Program-made: the position numbers and the translations under genes
Origin: a virus
Taxonomy: Duplodnaviria; Caudoviricetes
Direction: 5' to 3' (one strand)
Virus record (IMG/VR): IMGVR_UViG_3300046382_000038
Coordinates: 1-60,984 of that record
DNA length: 60,984 nucleotides
Shown: positions 9,778 through 19,629 of the stretch, one piece after another
Layout of the letters: every line of letters begins with the position of its first letter
Numbering within the stretch: position 1 is the stretch's first letter
Notes under the pieces: model-generated
Database searches by the model: none
What the model was told of the DNA's origin: nothing
What the model saw: the letters and a program-made list of their open reading frames with translations, nothing else

Positions 9778-12700
9778 CTAAAACTCAATAACCACGTCTG
9801 GTCCGCGATCTCCACCAGGAGACCAGCCAACTTCGGTGCCCGTGCCTTCTGCTCGGACGAGGCCACGATCAACTGCTTCCGTCTGGGAGGGGCCGATTGC
9901 GGTTTTAACGATTGCTTCCGGAGGAATTACGTTACCCGCAAGGAGCACTATGGGCACCTTGGAGGTGATGGTGGCGGTACCGGAATATCCCGTAATTGGA
10001 CCAATCTTTTTTTCAGCTATGTTTACCCCTTCGTATTTCAGAACCTGATTGCCCACTTTAAGCTTTCCATGGGATGGGAAGCCCGTAGCGTTTACCACCG
10101 GGAGGAAGGTCGGACCGGCTCCCCCTGTGACGGTAATGGTTTCCGTGAGGGTGGTTCCTCCCATGATGATGCCGCTGAGCAATTCGTTATCCCAGTACGC
10201 ATAGAGCACGGGGGTTCCGGTGACGATTTCTTCAGTGCTGCTGGTATCCCATCCTTTTACGCCAGTAAAGCTAGATACGGTGATACCAGAGTATGTGAGC
10301 GCCTGACTACCAATCGTGAGCTTTCCAAAACTGGGGAGGCCGGTAGTAGATTCCACTTCCACCGTTTCTGGTTTGGTGGATACTTTGAAGGACGCACCTT
10401 TAGTGGTGGTTTTGATAAGCGGCGGCAATAGTAGGTAGCCACCTCCTTCTTCAAGTTCTTCTCCTTGGCCTTCTTCTTCAGGCGGCGATCCTCCCTGTTC
10501 TTCTTCTTCTTCTTCCACTGGGGGACCTCCCGATTCCTGTTCGGAATTTCCTTCACCGCTTAGTGAGATGAATCCTTCAGTTAGGAGCGCATTGGGGGTT
10601 TTGGCTCCGATAATGGCTGATGTGCAGGCTACGGGGAGGGATCCATCGACGGCCACGACGTATCGATCTTCGACTTCTGTGCCACTCGTAATGGTTTCTC
10701 CCCCTCCTGGGGTGGTAACCGGGTAGAGGAAGTTTCTGCCTTTAATGCTTGCTGCGGTTCCGTAGCCCAGCAAATGGGTGCCTATTTTAACGACACCACC
10801 TTCGGGCGTCAGTACCTGGGCAACAATAGTTCCGCCGCTGACACATGCAGCAGCACTAGCAACGCCGACAACTTCTTTTAATTCCGTTTCCGTTCGGGAG
10901 CCGTAATAGACTTCCTGACCACCGACAAGCTGTACGGTTGATCCAACGAAGAAGGGGTGCTGTTTCTTCTTAGCAACGAAGACGCGGATGCCTTTGAATT
11001 CAGTGGGGGAGATGCTTGTGTAGTTAAGATTCTTCGCCAAGAGGCGGATGGTACCTTCGGCGGGGAAGCCTGCCGTGCTTACTACTTTTACGGTAATTTC
11101 ATTGCTGCTGATAAGTTCGCCTTCTTCAGTGACGGTAGTTTCAGCCACATACCTCGCGCGTCCACTTTCAGGTAGAGAAAGGCCGCCTGTTATGGGAACA
11201 GACTTGATATTTTCGGTGATGGCATATTCTTTTTGTTCAACAACAGCTTTATTTGCAATGGTTTTGGTGGTTAGGGCTGCCGGGTAGCACTTTTCGAAGG
11301 AGGTTTTGGCTTTGCTCAGACCAGAGTAAAGATATGTTTCCCCGCTAATTACCAGTTTCCCTTTATTCGAGAAATTGCCTGCCGCGACAACCGGGATCGC
11401 AAGTACTTCCACAACAGGGGAGCCATTGGTGTATTCCGCTGTTCCTTTCCAGCCTTTTACGCCAGAGAATGTATTTCCGCTCAGGCCAGAGTAACTTAGT
11501 TCCTGAATTCCAAGTCTTAATGTTCCTGAGGTAGCGAAACCAGTTGCGTTAGCCACCGTCAGCGTTGTTGGGCCAACACCCTTGACTGTCGAGACGATAC
11601 CGCCCGAGGTGGTAGAGGCATGGAAGGTAACGGAGCCCGTTGTTTCGGTTTTGATAATGCCAAGTTTTGCGGATCCGGCCGTGAGGGACGTAACTTGCGC
11701 AACGCGGTTTACCTTGGTCTTTCCTTTGATAAGAGGGGTACCCGATAGAATCAGGAAGGTACCGCTGCGCATTACATTGCTTTTTGTAGCTCCACTCGTG
11801 CATCCAGTGAAGCTTTTTTTAACGGGGTTTATTCCCGTATAGCTTACTTTGGGGCCGCCTGCAAACTGCAAGACCCCCACGGTGGGGAATCCTTCAACCG
11901 AAGTAACGTTAAGTTCCTGCGTACCTTTAAGCGTGAATGCATCGATTGATTCTGCCGAACGAGTGGTGTTACCCATCAGTACACCGTTTATGGTATTGGC
12001 AACGGCAGTGAACGTGACCGTGGTGGTCACATTTTCCAGCATGTTTCTAGAGACTTCAACTCGTTTACCTATCGGATCAACCCATACTACTTCAGTACCT
12101 TCGGTTACGCCGGTAGCTTTCACGCGCATTCCAGGTGCGACCCCTTTGGTGCTTCCAGGAAGGGTCATTTCGACTTTGTTACCACCGCCGATAGGTACAC
12201 TGGCTACTGTCGTAACGGTGCCCTTAGCTATAGTTTCTTCATAAGAGAAGACGACACCATTAGCAACCAGGAACCCTCCCGTGGATGGCAGATCCTGGAG
12301 CGAATTTACCCAAAGGGCTCCTACGTCTGGAGTGGTACCTATAAGAACGATTGGTGGTTCGTGGGCGGCACCTTCCGCTGCACCAAATTCCAAGGCTTGC
12401 GACAGCGTGGTTTTACCCCCTCGTGGTACGGGAGGCCACGAAATACGAACGTTGGACATTTGGGCATTACCAAGGTTGGCAACCTTGACGGGAATCTGGG
12501 CCGCTTGAGGACTATGCACGGCAATCGGACAAACCTGACCGGCGCCCACGGACTGCATGGCGATACCGACAACCGATCCCCCGCTTTGGTTATACGGGGT
12601 AGCGCCGTAATTACCTTCCTTTGCCGGGTTCACGAAGTTGGCCCGTCGTAACACTTCTCCTTGCTGAACGGCTTCCTTAACCACTCGCATTTCTAGCGTT

Positions 12701-15147
12701 ACCGTGGCTCCCGTTTCGGGGTTGGTGTAAAATCCGGTGACTCCTTCCACAATCATGGGTTCTTCGGCAAGCGGTGGTAGCTGGAAGAGCGGGAATCCTC
12801 CTCCGTGTGCCTTTCTCATGACCGCCGTGAGGTCGTTTAAGTTACTGTTGACGACGCTTTCGGCAATGATTCCACCACTAATTGTGGAACCTTCCCAACC
12901 TGCGTTTACGAGGACCGTACAATTGGTTGCTTCGATGCCAGAGACGTGGGAGCCCTTGATGAATGCGTCGAAGGGAACCGTGAGGTCTGATTTGACTGCC
13001 GACTGCATTGGTCCATCGCTTCCGGCCGGAAGCTGGAGGTGGCTAAGTTTAATGTTACGAATGGAGGATTTGCAGTCGTCATTGATAAACAGACCTCGTG
13101 CTCCTCCCTCGAACTGAACATGGCTTAGGGTAAGTCCATTTAGGAACGCTGGGCCATTACCCGAGACGGGCTTGTAGAACATCGGGAGTTCACCACCACC
13201 CATGTATCCACCGATGAAACGGTCACCGGCGATTGAGGCTTCCTTCTCCACGTATACGCCGACGCCACCGCTGTGTAGATCGCAGGACCAATATTCGATG
13301 TTTCCTGAGGCGCGACCCCATTCGGTGTAGCCGATCTTTGCCCAACCTCCGAACTGACACTCGTGTAGGCGCATGTGGTTGGCGGCAGGACAGAATGCGT
13401 ACCTAAATGGTCCTTTGATTACACATCTTTCGATGATTCCACCAGAGGCGCAGATTACACCATCCAGGAATTTGGGATTGATTTTGGATGAGAAGGAACC
13501 TTCGATCTTGAGTTCTCCGGTAATCTGCACATCGCTCATCAAGAGGTGGTACTGAGAGCGGGCTGATTCAATACCGACTACTGCGTACTCGGCTTCACCA
13601 GCAATTTCTGTGGTTCCGGTTTTTTCGGACGCTTCTACTAACGCTTCTTTTGAGACGTTTAAGATTAGCGATTTATCAGAAGGACCCTTGAAGGTAACCC
13701 CCGGCTGAATGTGAAAGCAGCATTTGATCTTCGATCCACCTTTGGCATAAGGAACCTTGAACTGGTGGTAGGCTTCCCCACCCGGTGGTGACCGGAAAGA
13801 TTTAAGGGTATATTCCCCTGGTTCGGAGAAGGAAACCACACCACGGTTGGCGGGACCGCCTTTGGTTCCTTTGGCTGCGACTTCGATAGCTTCCTGAATG
13901 AATTTCGCGGCATCTGCTGTTTTGGCTTCCGAAAGTTTGAGACGCCTTGGTTCACCTTTGATGTTTGTGAATTCGTTAACGTTGACGTAATTGGCTGCGG
14001 TACCTCCTCCGCCTCCTCCGCCTCCTAATTCGCCCTGAACGGAAAGCGAGAGCTTTTCCTTAGTGATGGCTTCGTTAACTACCTTGGCTGTGCTGACGGT
14101 GTTATTAAGGGGAACACGTTCATCCGAGAGACGGGAGTCGGTGTTGGAGACCTTCGAGGCAAGAGCAGTATTGAGGGCAGAGTCAGTTGCTTCGAGAGAA
14201 GTCTCTGCACCTTTGGCCCTGGAGATCTCAGCAGTCAATGTTGCTTCGAGCGCTGCCTCGATTCCTTTGGCGCGGTTGGCCTCATTGGAAACGGACTGAG
14301 CGATTGTGGCCTCAGTTCCTTCGGCCCTAGTTCTCTCACCAGCCACTTCTACCGAGATGGCGGTCTCTGCTGCTTTAGCTCGGTTTTTCTCGGTGGTCAC
14401 CGAGCTTGTGATAGTCCCCTCGGCTGCTTCAGCCCTGCTTTGCTCAGTGTTAACTTTCGTCGTGGCTGCTGCAATAGCCGCCGTCTGAGCGCTGGCTGCC
14501 GCTCCTGCCGAGTCAGCACTGACATCGCTGGCGGTGAGGTTGACTTTGGCCCCACTCTTTCCGTTAACTTCCTGAATACCTGTAGCGAAGGTAAGAGTTG
14601 TCCAATCAGTTATGGTGCCAGTTTTTCCACCATTCCAGATATATGCTTTCTCTTCTGGTTCTTCGACAACGACGATTTCCGTTTTGGTTGGTTTAAGAGC
14701 CAGAAGTGCGGCTTCGTTTTTAACAGTTTTGGTGCTGACGATTTCGCCAGGAGGCAACTGGGAAGAAGGAACCTTTCCCGTTCCGTCAAGGGTGGCTACT
14801 CCGCTCACAGCACCCTTTTGAACAAGCGGAATACTATGAGATTCGGCCTGTTCCTTTGCGCTTTTCTCTCCCGCTTCGGCCCTGGTGCGCTCGGAGCCTA
14901 CTTCGGTTTTGAGTGCTTTCTCGGCTGCTTCAGCCCTTGAGCGCTCAGTAGAAGTTTCTATCGAGAGTTCGGCCTCTGTTGATTTAGCTCTAGAACGCTC
15001 AGAGGCTACTTCGGAGGAAAGGCTTGACTCTGCGTTTTTTGCTCTAGTTTCCTCCCCGGCAATTCCCCTCTCAAGATGGCTCATTCGCAACGCCGAGAGG
15101 GTGAATTTTGGATTAAAATCAATCCATGTCTGTTCGTCGTAAGCCAT
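9778..15147 (-). CDS. Large fibre/adhesin: coiled-coil repeats, beta-helix-like segment and tandem beta modules
   Basis: 1789 aa; about 18-aa E-x-x-RA-x-x-AE repeats; KGAVSGVATLDGTGKVPSSQLP fibre motif; repeated V-x-S-x-x-GFP-x-x-G-x-L modules. Confidence 0.7.
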   Translation of the reverse strand: MAYDEQTWIDFNPKFTLSALRMSHLERGIAGEETRAKNAESSLSSEVASERSRAKSTEAELSIETSTERSRAEAAEKALKTEVGSERTRAEAGEKSAKEQAESHSIPLVQKGAVSGVATLDGTGKVPSSQLPPGEIVSTKTVKNEAALLALKPTKTEIVVVEEPEEKAYIWNGGKTGTITDWTTLTFATGIQEVNGKSGAKVNLTASDVSADSAGAAASAQTAAIAAATTKVNTEQSRAEAAEGTITSSVTTEKNRAKAAETAISVEVAGERTRAEGTEATIAQSVSNEANRAKGIEAALEATLTAEISRAKGAETSLEATDSALNTALASKVSNTDSRLSDERVPLNNTVSTAKVVNEAITKEKLSLSVQGELGGGGGGGGTAANYVNVNEFTNIKGEPRRLKLSEAKTADAAKFIQEAIEVAAKGTKGGPANRGVVSFSEPGEYTLKSFRSPPGGEAYHQFKVPYAKGGSKIKCCFHIQPGVTFKGPSDKSLILNVSKEALVEASEKTGTTEIAGEAEYAVVGIESARSQYHLLMSDVQITGELKIEGSFSSKINPKFLDGVICASGGIIERCVIKGPFRYAFCPAANHMRLHECQFGGWAKIGYTEWGRASGNIEYWSCDLHSGGVGVYVEKEASIAGDRFIGGYMGGGELPMFYKPVSGNGPAFLNGLTLSHVQFEGGARGLFINDDCKSSIRNIKLSHLQLPAGSDGPMQSAVKSDLTVPFDAFIKGSHVSGIEATNCTVLVNAGWEGSTISGGIIAESVVNSNLNDLTAVMRKAHGGGFPLFQLPPLAEEPMIVEGVTGFYTNPETGATVTLEMRVVKEAVQQGEVLRRANFVNPAKEGNYGATPYNQSGGSVVGIAMQSVGAGQVCPIAVHSPQAAQIPVKVANLGNAQMSNVRISWPPVPRGGKTTLSQALEFGAAEGAAHEPPIVLIGTTPDVGALWVNSLQDLPSTGGFLVANGVVFSYEETIAKGTVTTVASVPIGGGNKVEMTLPGSTKGVAPGMRVKATGVTEGTEVVWVDPIGKRVEVSRNMLENVTTTVTFTAVANTINGVLMGNTTRSAESIDAFTLKGTQELNVTSVEGFPTVGVLQFAGGPKVSYTGINPVKKSFTGCTSGATKSNVMRSGTFLILSGTPLIKGKTKVNRVAQVTSLTAGSAKLGIIKTETTGSVTFHASTTSGGIVSTVKGVGPTTLTVANATGFATSGTLRLGIQELSYSGLSGNTFSGVKGWKGTAEYTNGSPVVEVLAIPVVAAGNFSNKGKLVISGETYLYSGLSKAKTSFEKCYPAALTTKTIANKAVVEQKEYAITENIKSVPITGGLSLPESGRARYVAETTVTEEGELISSNEITVKVVSTAGFPAEGTIRLLAKNLNYTSISPTEFKGIRVFVAKKKQHPFFVGSTVQLVGGQEVYYGSRTETELKEVVGVASAAACVSGGTIVAQVLTPEGGVVKIGTHLLGYGTAASIKGRNFLYPVTTPGGGETITSGTEVEDRYVVAVDGSLPVACTSAIIGAKTPNALLTEGFISLSGEGNSEQESGGPPVEEEEEEQGGSPPEEEGQGEELEEGGGYLLLPPLIKTTTKGASFKVSTKPETVEVESTTGLPSFGKLTIGSQALTYSGITVSSFTGVKGWDTSSTEEIVTGTPVLYAYWDNELLSGIIMGGTTLTETITVTGGAGPTFLPVVNATGFPSHGKLKVGNQVLKYEGVNIAEKKIGPITGYSGTATITSKVPIVLLAGNVIPPEAIVKTAIGPSQTEAVDRGLVRAEGTGTEVGWSPGGDRGPDVVIEF

Positions 15148-16037
15148 TAACCTTTAGTTTCCAATTCGGGTTCTGTCTCAAGGAAGGGACTAGTCTCTAG
15201 CCCGTGGATTTCTTCGGGCTCAGGAGTTACTTTGTGGCGCTTGCGTATTTTGAGGTAATCTCCTTCAGGAATGATGCCTTCGGGGAAACTTTCGGGTGGA
15301 ATGTCAAGCGGATCAGCTTCATCCCACGGATAGATGTCCACCTCTTCAACGAGTCCTGCCGGTGCGGGCGGATTGGGAGTGCGGCTGTAGAACTCACCAA
15401 ATACGGGAATGCGATAGGAGGTCTGGAAGGACAAAACGTCTTCTGCCAGCCAGGGCACAAAGCCTTGCTGCTCCCCATACCCGCTTATTAGATCTGTGTT
15501 GAGAGCCACGAAGTGCCAATGGGAATAAGGCTGAGCTTCTTCGATGCTTTCGTAAATACGAGCACGGAAAGCAAGGCCCTCTGTCGAGACTTCACTCATT
15601 GCAAGTACCTCAATGATGGCGTCTGCCATCTTGTCCCTATCGAGGGTTGAGAGAGCCCAGATCTCGAACTCCAGGCTGCCTCGATACATGCGGTGGCCAT
15701 ACTGGATGAATTCCGTGTAGGGTCCTCCCGTTTTGTAGTTGGGATCCGTGGGGGAGGGGAACCACTCCGAGTGACCTACCCCGGCGTTGGCTATCGTCTG
15801 CTCGTAGAACTTAACGATAACCTGAGGGAAGTCCGTGCGGTCGGTACGGTAGTCGATTCCTACTTTTGATCCAGCTATTTTTTTATCAGGATGGTTTTTG
15901 AAAGCATTCTGAATCGACTCCACCATGGCCCGCTTCAGGAAGGTCTTGTACTGAAGGGTCTGTTGCAGCGCATATTTGGGCGGGATGGTCCGGTTGCCTT
16001 TAACATCCGTGATCTGGTTTTTCTGATTTTTGGACAT
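15147..16037 (-). CDS. Tail completion/terminator-like neck protein
   Basis: 296 aa; FPQVIV...LEFEIWALSTLDRDKMAD pattern; neck-cluster position. Confidence 0.55.
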   Translation of the reverse strand: MSKNQKNQITDVKGNRTIPPKYALQQTLQYKTFLKRAMVESIQNAFKNHPDKKIAGSKVGIDYRTDRTDFPQVIVKFYEQTIANAGVGHSEWFPSPTDPNYKTGGPYTEFIQYGHRMYRGSLEFEIWALSTLDRDKMADAIIEVLAMSEVSTEGLAFRARIYESIEEAQPYSHWHFVALNTDLISGYGEQQGFVPWLAEDVLSFQTSYRIPVFGEFYSRTPNPPAPAGLVEEVDIYPWDEADPLDIPPESFPEGIIPEGDYLKIRKRHKVTPEPEEIHGLETSPFLETEPELETKG

Positions 16038-16039
16038 TG

Positions 16040-16747
16040 CTACCTGTCAGCCTCGACTTCATAGATCGGGTCTGTCTCAAGCACCTTGTTGGCTTCACAT
16101 TCCTGCTGTACCCAAAAGCGGTTGCCAGCGGCGTCCATGTTGAACTCCCGCTGGCCTAGTCGATTGAGGCCCCTCAGGGAGGTTGGCTTAACCTGCTTTA
16201 GCTGATAGCGCTCAAGTGTGTTGACAATTTCCTGCTGACCATTTATTTCAACTACGATGAGGAGATCGTTATCCCCGCAGGGCGGATACCAAGGGAGTAG
16301 TACACGGGCTTGCTGGGTATGTAGGAGGGCGCCCTGGGCTGTGGTCTTCCAGATGTCCTCTGGTACGTCAGGGAGAATGCAATAGGTTAAGTATCCCGGT
16401 CCGTACCCTCGATACTTTGGAGCGGGTACCCATCCGGCTTCAGGGGTTTCGGCAATATGAAGATTTCCTTCTTCATCAAGCCACTCGCCTTCCTTGGTCT
16501 CTACTGAGACAAAGCCCGGACCATGGGAGCTAGGGTCATCGTGGGTCGATTGCCCGTAGATGGTGTCCCAATTGACGCTCTCGGTGGCTATTCCTTTAGC
16601 CACATCATCGATGTTATACATATGCTTAATGAGCACAGGGGTACCCATACGTCGCATCGTTTCTTGGCTTTGTTTGCGACGTTTTCTAATGTCAAAAGGA
16701 ACTTCCCCTTCGCCTTCGTAGCGAATAACATTAAAATATTCAGGCAT
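16040..16747 (-). CDS. Head closure-like neck protein
   Basis: 235 aa between adaptor and terminator genes. Confidence 0.5.
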   Translation of the reverse strand: MPEYFNVIRYEGEGEVPFDIRKRRKQSQETMRRMGTPVLIKHMYNIDDVAKGIATESVNWDTIYGQSTHDDPSSHGPGFVSVETKEGEWLDEEGNLHIAETPEAGWVPAPKYRGYGPGYLTYCILPDVPEDIWKTTAQGALLHTQQARVLLPWYPPCGDNDLLIVVEINGQQEIVNTLERYQLKQVKPTSLRGLNRLGQREFNMDAAGNRFWVQQECEANKVLETDPIYEVEADR

Positions 16748-16750
16748 GAC

Positions 16751-17602
16751 CTAGTAGAATCCGCGAGAAATGTTCCGAGTACGAAGAGCAGTTCCGTAGT
16801 AAAGCCTTCCAGCCTTGGAGTGGACGAGCAGAGCGGAGTGGCCAAGATGTAGGAGACCCCTCTTCCAGAGGCGAACAAGGGTGTAGTAGTCTGTGTGCTC
16901 GTTGTCGTAAACTTCCTTCCAGGCTCTGGCGTAGTGTTCGCGGCCTTCGTAGGCAATCGGGGCGCCCTTAGGAATCGGCTGCTCGACGTAGTTACGAATA
17001 AGGTGCATGATGACCTTGCAGAGAACTCCCTTTGCAACTAGAGGAAGCAGAGCGTTTGGTTCGCCATTAGGTCCAGGCTGGGCAAAGTCCGCTAGGGCTG
17101 CTTCGCTATAAGGACTCTGAACGTTGATGTCGAGAACCGTCTCGGGGATATAGTGGGCAATCTTCTTCTTATCAAAATGGGCTTGGGTTACGTCTTTAAG
17201 CCAAGCTCCCCCCTCGGTAGAGTCGAAGCTATCCTCTAGACGTAGCCAGACATCATCGGCTACGATTTCTTCAAGCGTTATCGGGGTGGTGTCGAAGGGA
17301 TCGACTACAGCGAAGTCCAGCAGGACGCTCTTTTTCTCTCCGGTAACTCTCGTAAATTGGGCGCTGGCCTGATACTCGCCCGTTTCGGTCGTATGAGTCC
17401 AGCGGTAGTAGCCTCGGCCATCTTCTTCCACTTGGCCCGGAAAGGGGCCAGCCTTTTCCTCATCTGGCTTTTGAATTGTAAATTCAACAGCCTCGATTTC
17501 GTTTGCAGGAATAGGCTTCCCTTCGGACATCAGGGATGCATAAAGCTCAGCCGTATCGTTGACGGCTATAGAGCCCAATTCATAGCGCACGCCGAGACTC
17601 AT
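16751..17602 (-). CDS. Head-tail adaptor-like protein with N-terminal Ig-like domain
   Basis: Beta-rich N-terminus, helical C-terminus; first gene of the neck/tail unit; start 17602 (ATG) or 17611 (TTG). Confidence 0.5.
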   Translation of the reverse strand: MSLGVRYELGSIAVNDTAELYASLMSEGKPIPANEIEAVEFTIQKPDEEKAGPFPGQVEEDGRGYYRWTHTTETGEYQASAQFTRVTGEKKSVLLDFAVVDPFDTTPITLEEIVADDVWLRLEDSFDSTEGGAWLKDVTQAHFDKKKIAHYIPETVLDINVQSPYSEAALADFAQPGPNGEPNALLPLVAKGVLCKVIMHLIRNYVEQPIPKGAPIAYEGREHYARAWKEVYDNEHTDYYTLVRLWKRGLLHLGHSALLVHSKAGRLYYGTALRTRNISRGFY

Positions 17603-17630
17603 AGCTATCAATTAATTGCTAGGAGAGGCC

Positions 17631-17639
17631 TGCTATACT
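17631..17639 (+). promoter_or_regulatory. Extended -10 promoter (TGcTATACT), leaderless into the HNH gene
   Basis: TG-c-TATACT followed by 6 nt and ATG 17646. Confidence 0.55.
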
Positions 17640-17645
17640 GCGCCC

Positions 17646-17987
17646 ATGGATCTACGAGAGCTAGGGCCTCAGGATATCGAGCGCCTTTTGTTAGGCAAAG
17701 GCACTCGGAAGCCAAAGAACAAGAGTTGGAAACGAATCCTCGAAGGGGATCCCTGCGTCTACTGTGGACGCCGAGGGGTCAAACGGACCAAGCCTCAGAG
17801 AAAGAGCGGGGTGACGTTTGCTAATACGATGACTATCGACCATATCCTGCCTCTTCCCCATCCGGATCGAGGCTGGCTCAATCAGACCTCTAGCTGTGGA
17901 CACTGTAATAAAATAAAGAAAGAAGTCCCCCTTCTTTTCTTTCTGCTAAAGGAATACAAACGTGTACCGACCTGTCCTGGTTTATAA
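17646..17987 (+). CDS. HNH endonuclease family protein
   Basis: CVYCG...TIDHILP...N...CGHCNKIK. Confidence 0.8.
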   Translation: MDLRELGPQDIERLLLGKGTRKPKNKSWKRILEGDPCVYCGRRGVKRTKPQRKSGVTFANTMTIDHILPLPHPDRGWLNQTSSCGHCNKIKKEVPLLFFLLKEYKRVPTCPGL

Positions 17988-18405
17988 CGAAAATGGAGAC
18001 TTTCTAGGCAACGCCATCATGAAGGATGGCGCCGATAGGCTCCAAAGCATCAACATCTACACGAACGCGGAGCTTAAGCAATTAGCTGAGGCCCTTGAGC
18101 GTTTAAACGTAAGCAAGGCCCTCTACGCCCATTGGCCCGATACTCGCGATCCCGAGGTAGTGGAACTACTAGCCAAAGATGATTTCTATCCTATTGAGAT
18201 GGATGAGCAGGAGGTCATCGACCCTGCTAGCTACATCGTTTATGTTAAGGATGCTGGCGGTCAGGATACAGAAGAGATTGATTATGCCCAATCCGTCATT
18301 AAGAAGACAACTGCCCTAGCCCCCGTTCGGCCCTCCGATCATCTAGAGCGGACCAAGAGGGCTCAAGAAGCCGTAGCTCGTAGACGAGCCGGTAGCTTGA
18401 CATAG
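17962..18405 (+). CDS. Hypothetical protein
   Basis: 147 aa; GTG start with AAAGGA upstream. Confidence 0.6.
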   Translation: MYRPVLVYNENGDFLGNAIMKDGADRLQSINIYTNAELKQLAEALERLNVSKALYAHWPDTRDPEVVELLAKDDFYPIEMDEQEVIDPASYIVYVKDAGGQDTEEIDYAQSVIKKTTALAPVRPSDHLERTKRAQEAVARRRAGSLT

Positions 18406-18425
18406 CCGTGGCTTCCGTATATACT
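18397..18425 (+). promoter_or_regulatory. SigA/sigma70-type promoter TTGACA-17-TATACT
   Basis: TTGACA 18397-18402; TATACT 18420-18425; ATG 8 nt downstream. Confidence 0.85.
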
Positions 18426-18433
18426 ATCTGGCC

Positions 18434-18811
18434 ATGAGCAGATACTTCTACCCTGGGCAAATGAATCGGCCGCCCAAATACAAACGTAGCTTCCGTCGTC
18501 GCCTTCTCTACCTAGAGAGTTGGGTTTACTGGGTCATTGCCATTGTGGCCATCTTCCTATTCGTCATTCTGGCTGAGGCGGGATGCGCCTCCCTGACGAG
18601 TCAACAGAAGGCTGAACGGGCTCTCGAAACCTCAGGGTTTACCCACATCTATTCCCCGCATCGGGAATGGTTCTTCATCCAGTACAAAGGCTGCGGCAAC
18701 GAGGATGCGGCTCTCTACAGATTTAAGGCCACCAATCCTGTCGGCAAGCCCGTCACGGTCACTGTCTGCGAGGGCTTCTTCAAGGGTGCCACCATTCGGG
18801 GAACCGAATAA
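18434..18811 (+). CDS. Membrane-anchored phage protein
   Basis: One TM helix then GCGNED...ATNPVG...VCEGFFKGATIR. Confidence 0.6.
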   Translation: MSRYFYPGQMNRPPKYKRSFRRRLLYLESWVYWVIAIVAIFLFVILAEAGCASLTSQQKAERALETSGFTHIYSPHREWFFIQYKGCGNEDAALYRFKATNPVGKPVTVTVCEGFFKGATIRGTE

Positions 18812-19629
18812 TGAATACCCTCATAATTGGAGACGTACACGGCCATTACGACCGGCTAGAGGCCCTGCTTAAGCAGGAGGGCATCATTGGCGAGTGCCCC
18901 GAGTGCGAGGGTTCTGGAGACGGCGCCCTAGAGGGTGGTTTCTGTGAACTGTGTCACGGAGAGGGTACCCGACGCCTCAACAAGGACGTGCGCGTTATCC
19001 AGCTAGGGGACCTTGGTCACTTTGGTAGCGGATATTCCGAAGGCCGAATGGTCCCCGGATCTTCTTCCGCAGACCTTATGTGCTGGGACGCTGCTGTGTG
19101 CAAAGATTGGGTTGACGTAATCCTCTGGGGCAACCACGATGCTGCCGTAGTGGACGAAACCCATACTTTTACCGGCTACATCAAGCCGCCCTATGAGACC
19201 CTTCACATCATGAAGGGGGCTGCCGCAGAGGGACGGCTTAAACTTGCCTACGAGGTAGACGGGTTCCTACTTACCAAGACAGATCCTGCCGCCATGGCAC
19301 AATGGCTCAACGGCATGCAAAATAAGGACGAAACCGAAGGTCTAGGTTTTGGCGATCCCGATGAAGATCGGGATTTTCTAGCCGTTCGCGATGCTATTGG
19401 TAAAAAGCGTGGAGGGCCTAGCCCCGTTGGCGGGATCCTTTGGCGGGACGCTACCGAGAAGCTATACATGGAGTATCGACAGATCTTCGGGCACAGCCGA
19501 GGGGATAAAGTTCGCAAATATGAGACCCCCAAGGGCTGGTCCTATTGCGTCGATGTAGGAGACCAGTACAATGGCCATCTTGCCGGTATCTGGCTCCCCG
19601 ATGAGAGGATCGTTGAGGTTAAACTATGA
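18811..19629 (+). CDS. Calcineurin-like metallophosphoesterase with inserted CxxCxGxG zinc finger
   Basis: GDVHG, LGD, GNHD and FGHS motifs; CPECEGSG/CELCHGEG insert; expected THAG motif absent. Confidence 0.75.
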   Translation: MNTLIIGDVHGHYDRLEALLKQEGIIGECPECEGSGDGALEGGFCELCHGEGTRRLNKDVRVIQLGDLGHFGSGYSEGRMVPGSSSADLMCWDAAVCKDWVDVILWGNHDAAVVDETHTFTGYIKPPYETLHIMKGAAAEGRLKLAYEVDGFLLTKTDPAAMAQWLNGMQNKDETEGLGFGDPDEDRDFLAVRDAIGKKRGGPSPVGGILWRDATEKLYMEYRQIFGHSRGDKVRKYETPKGWSYCVDVGDQYNGHLAGIWLPDERIVEVKL

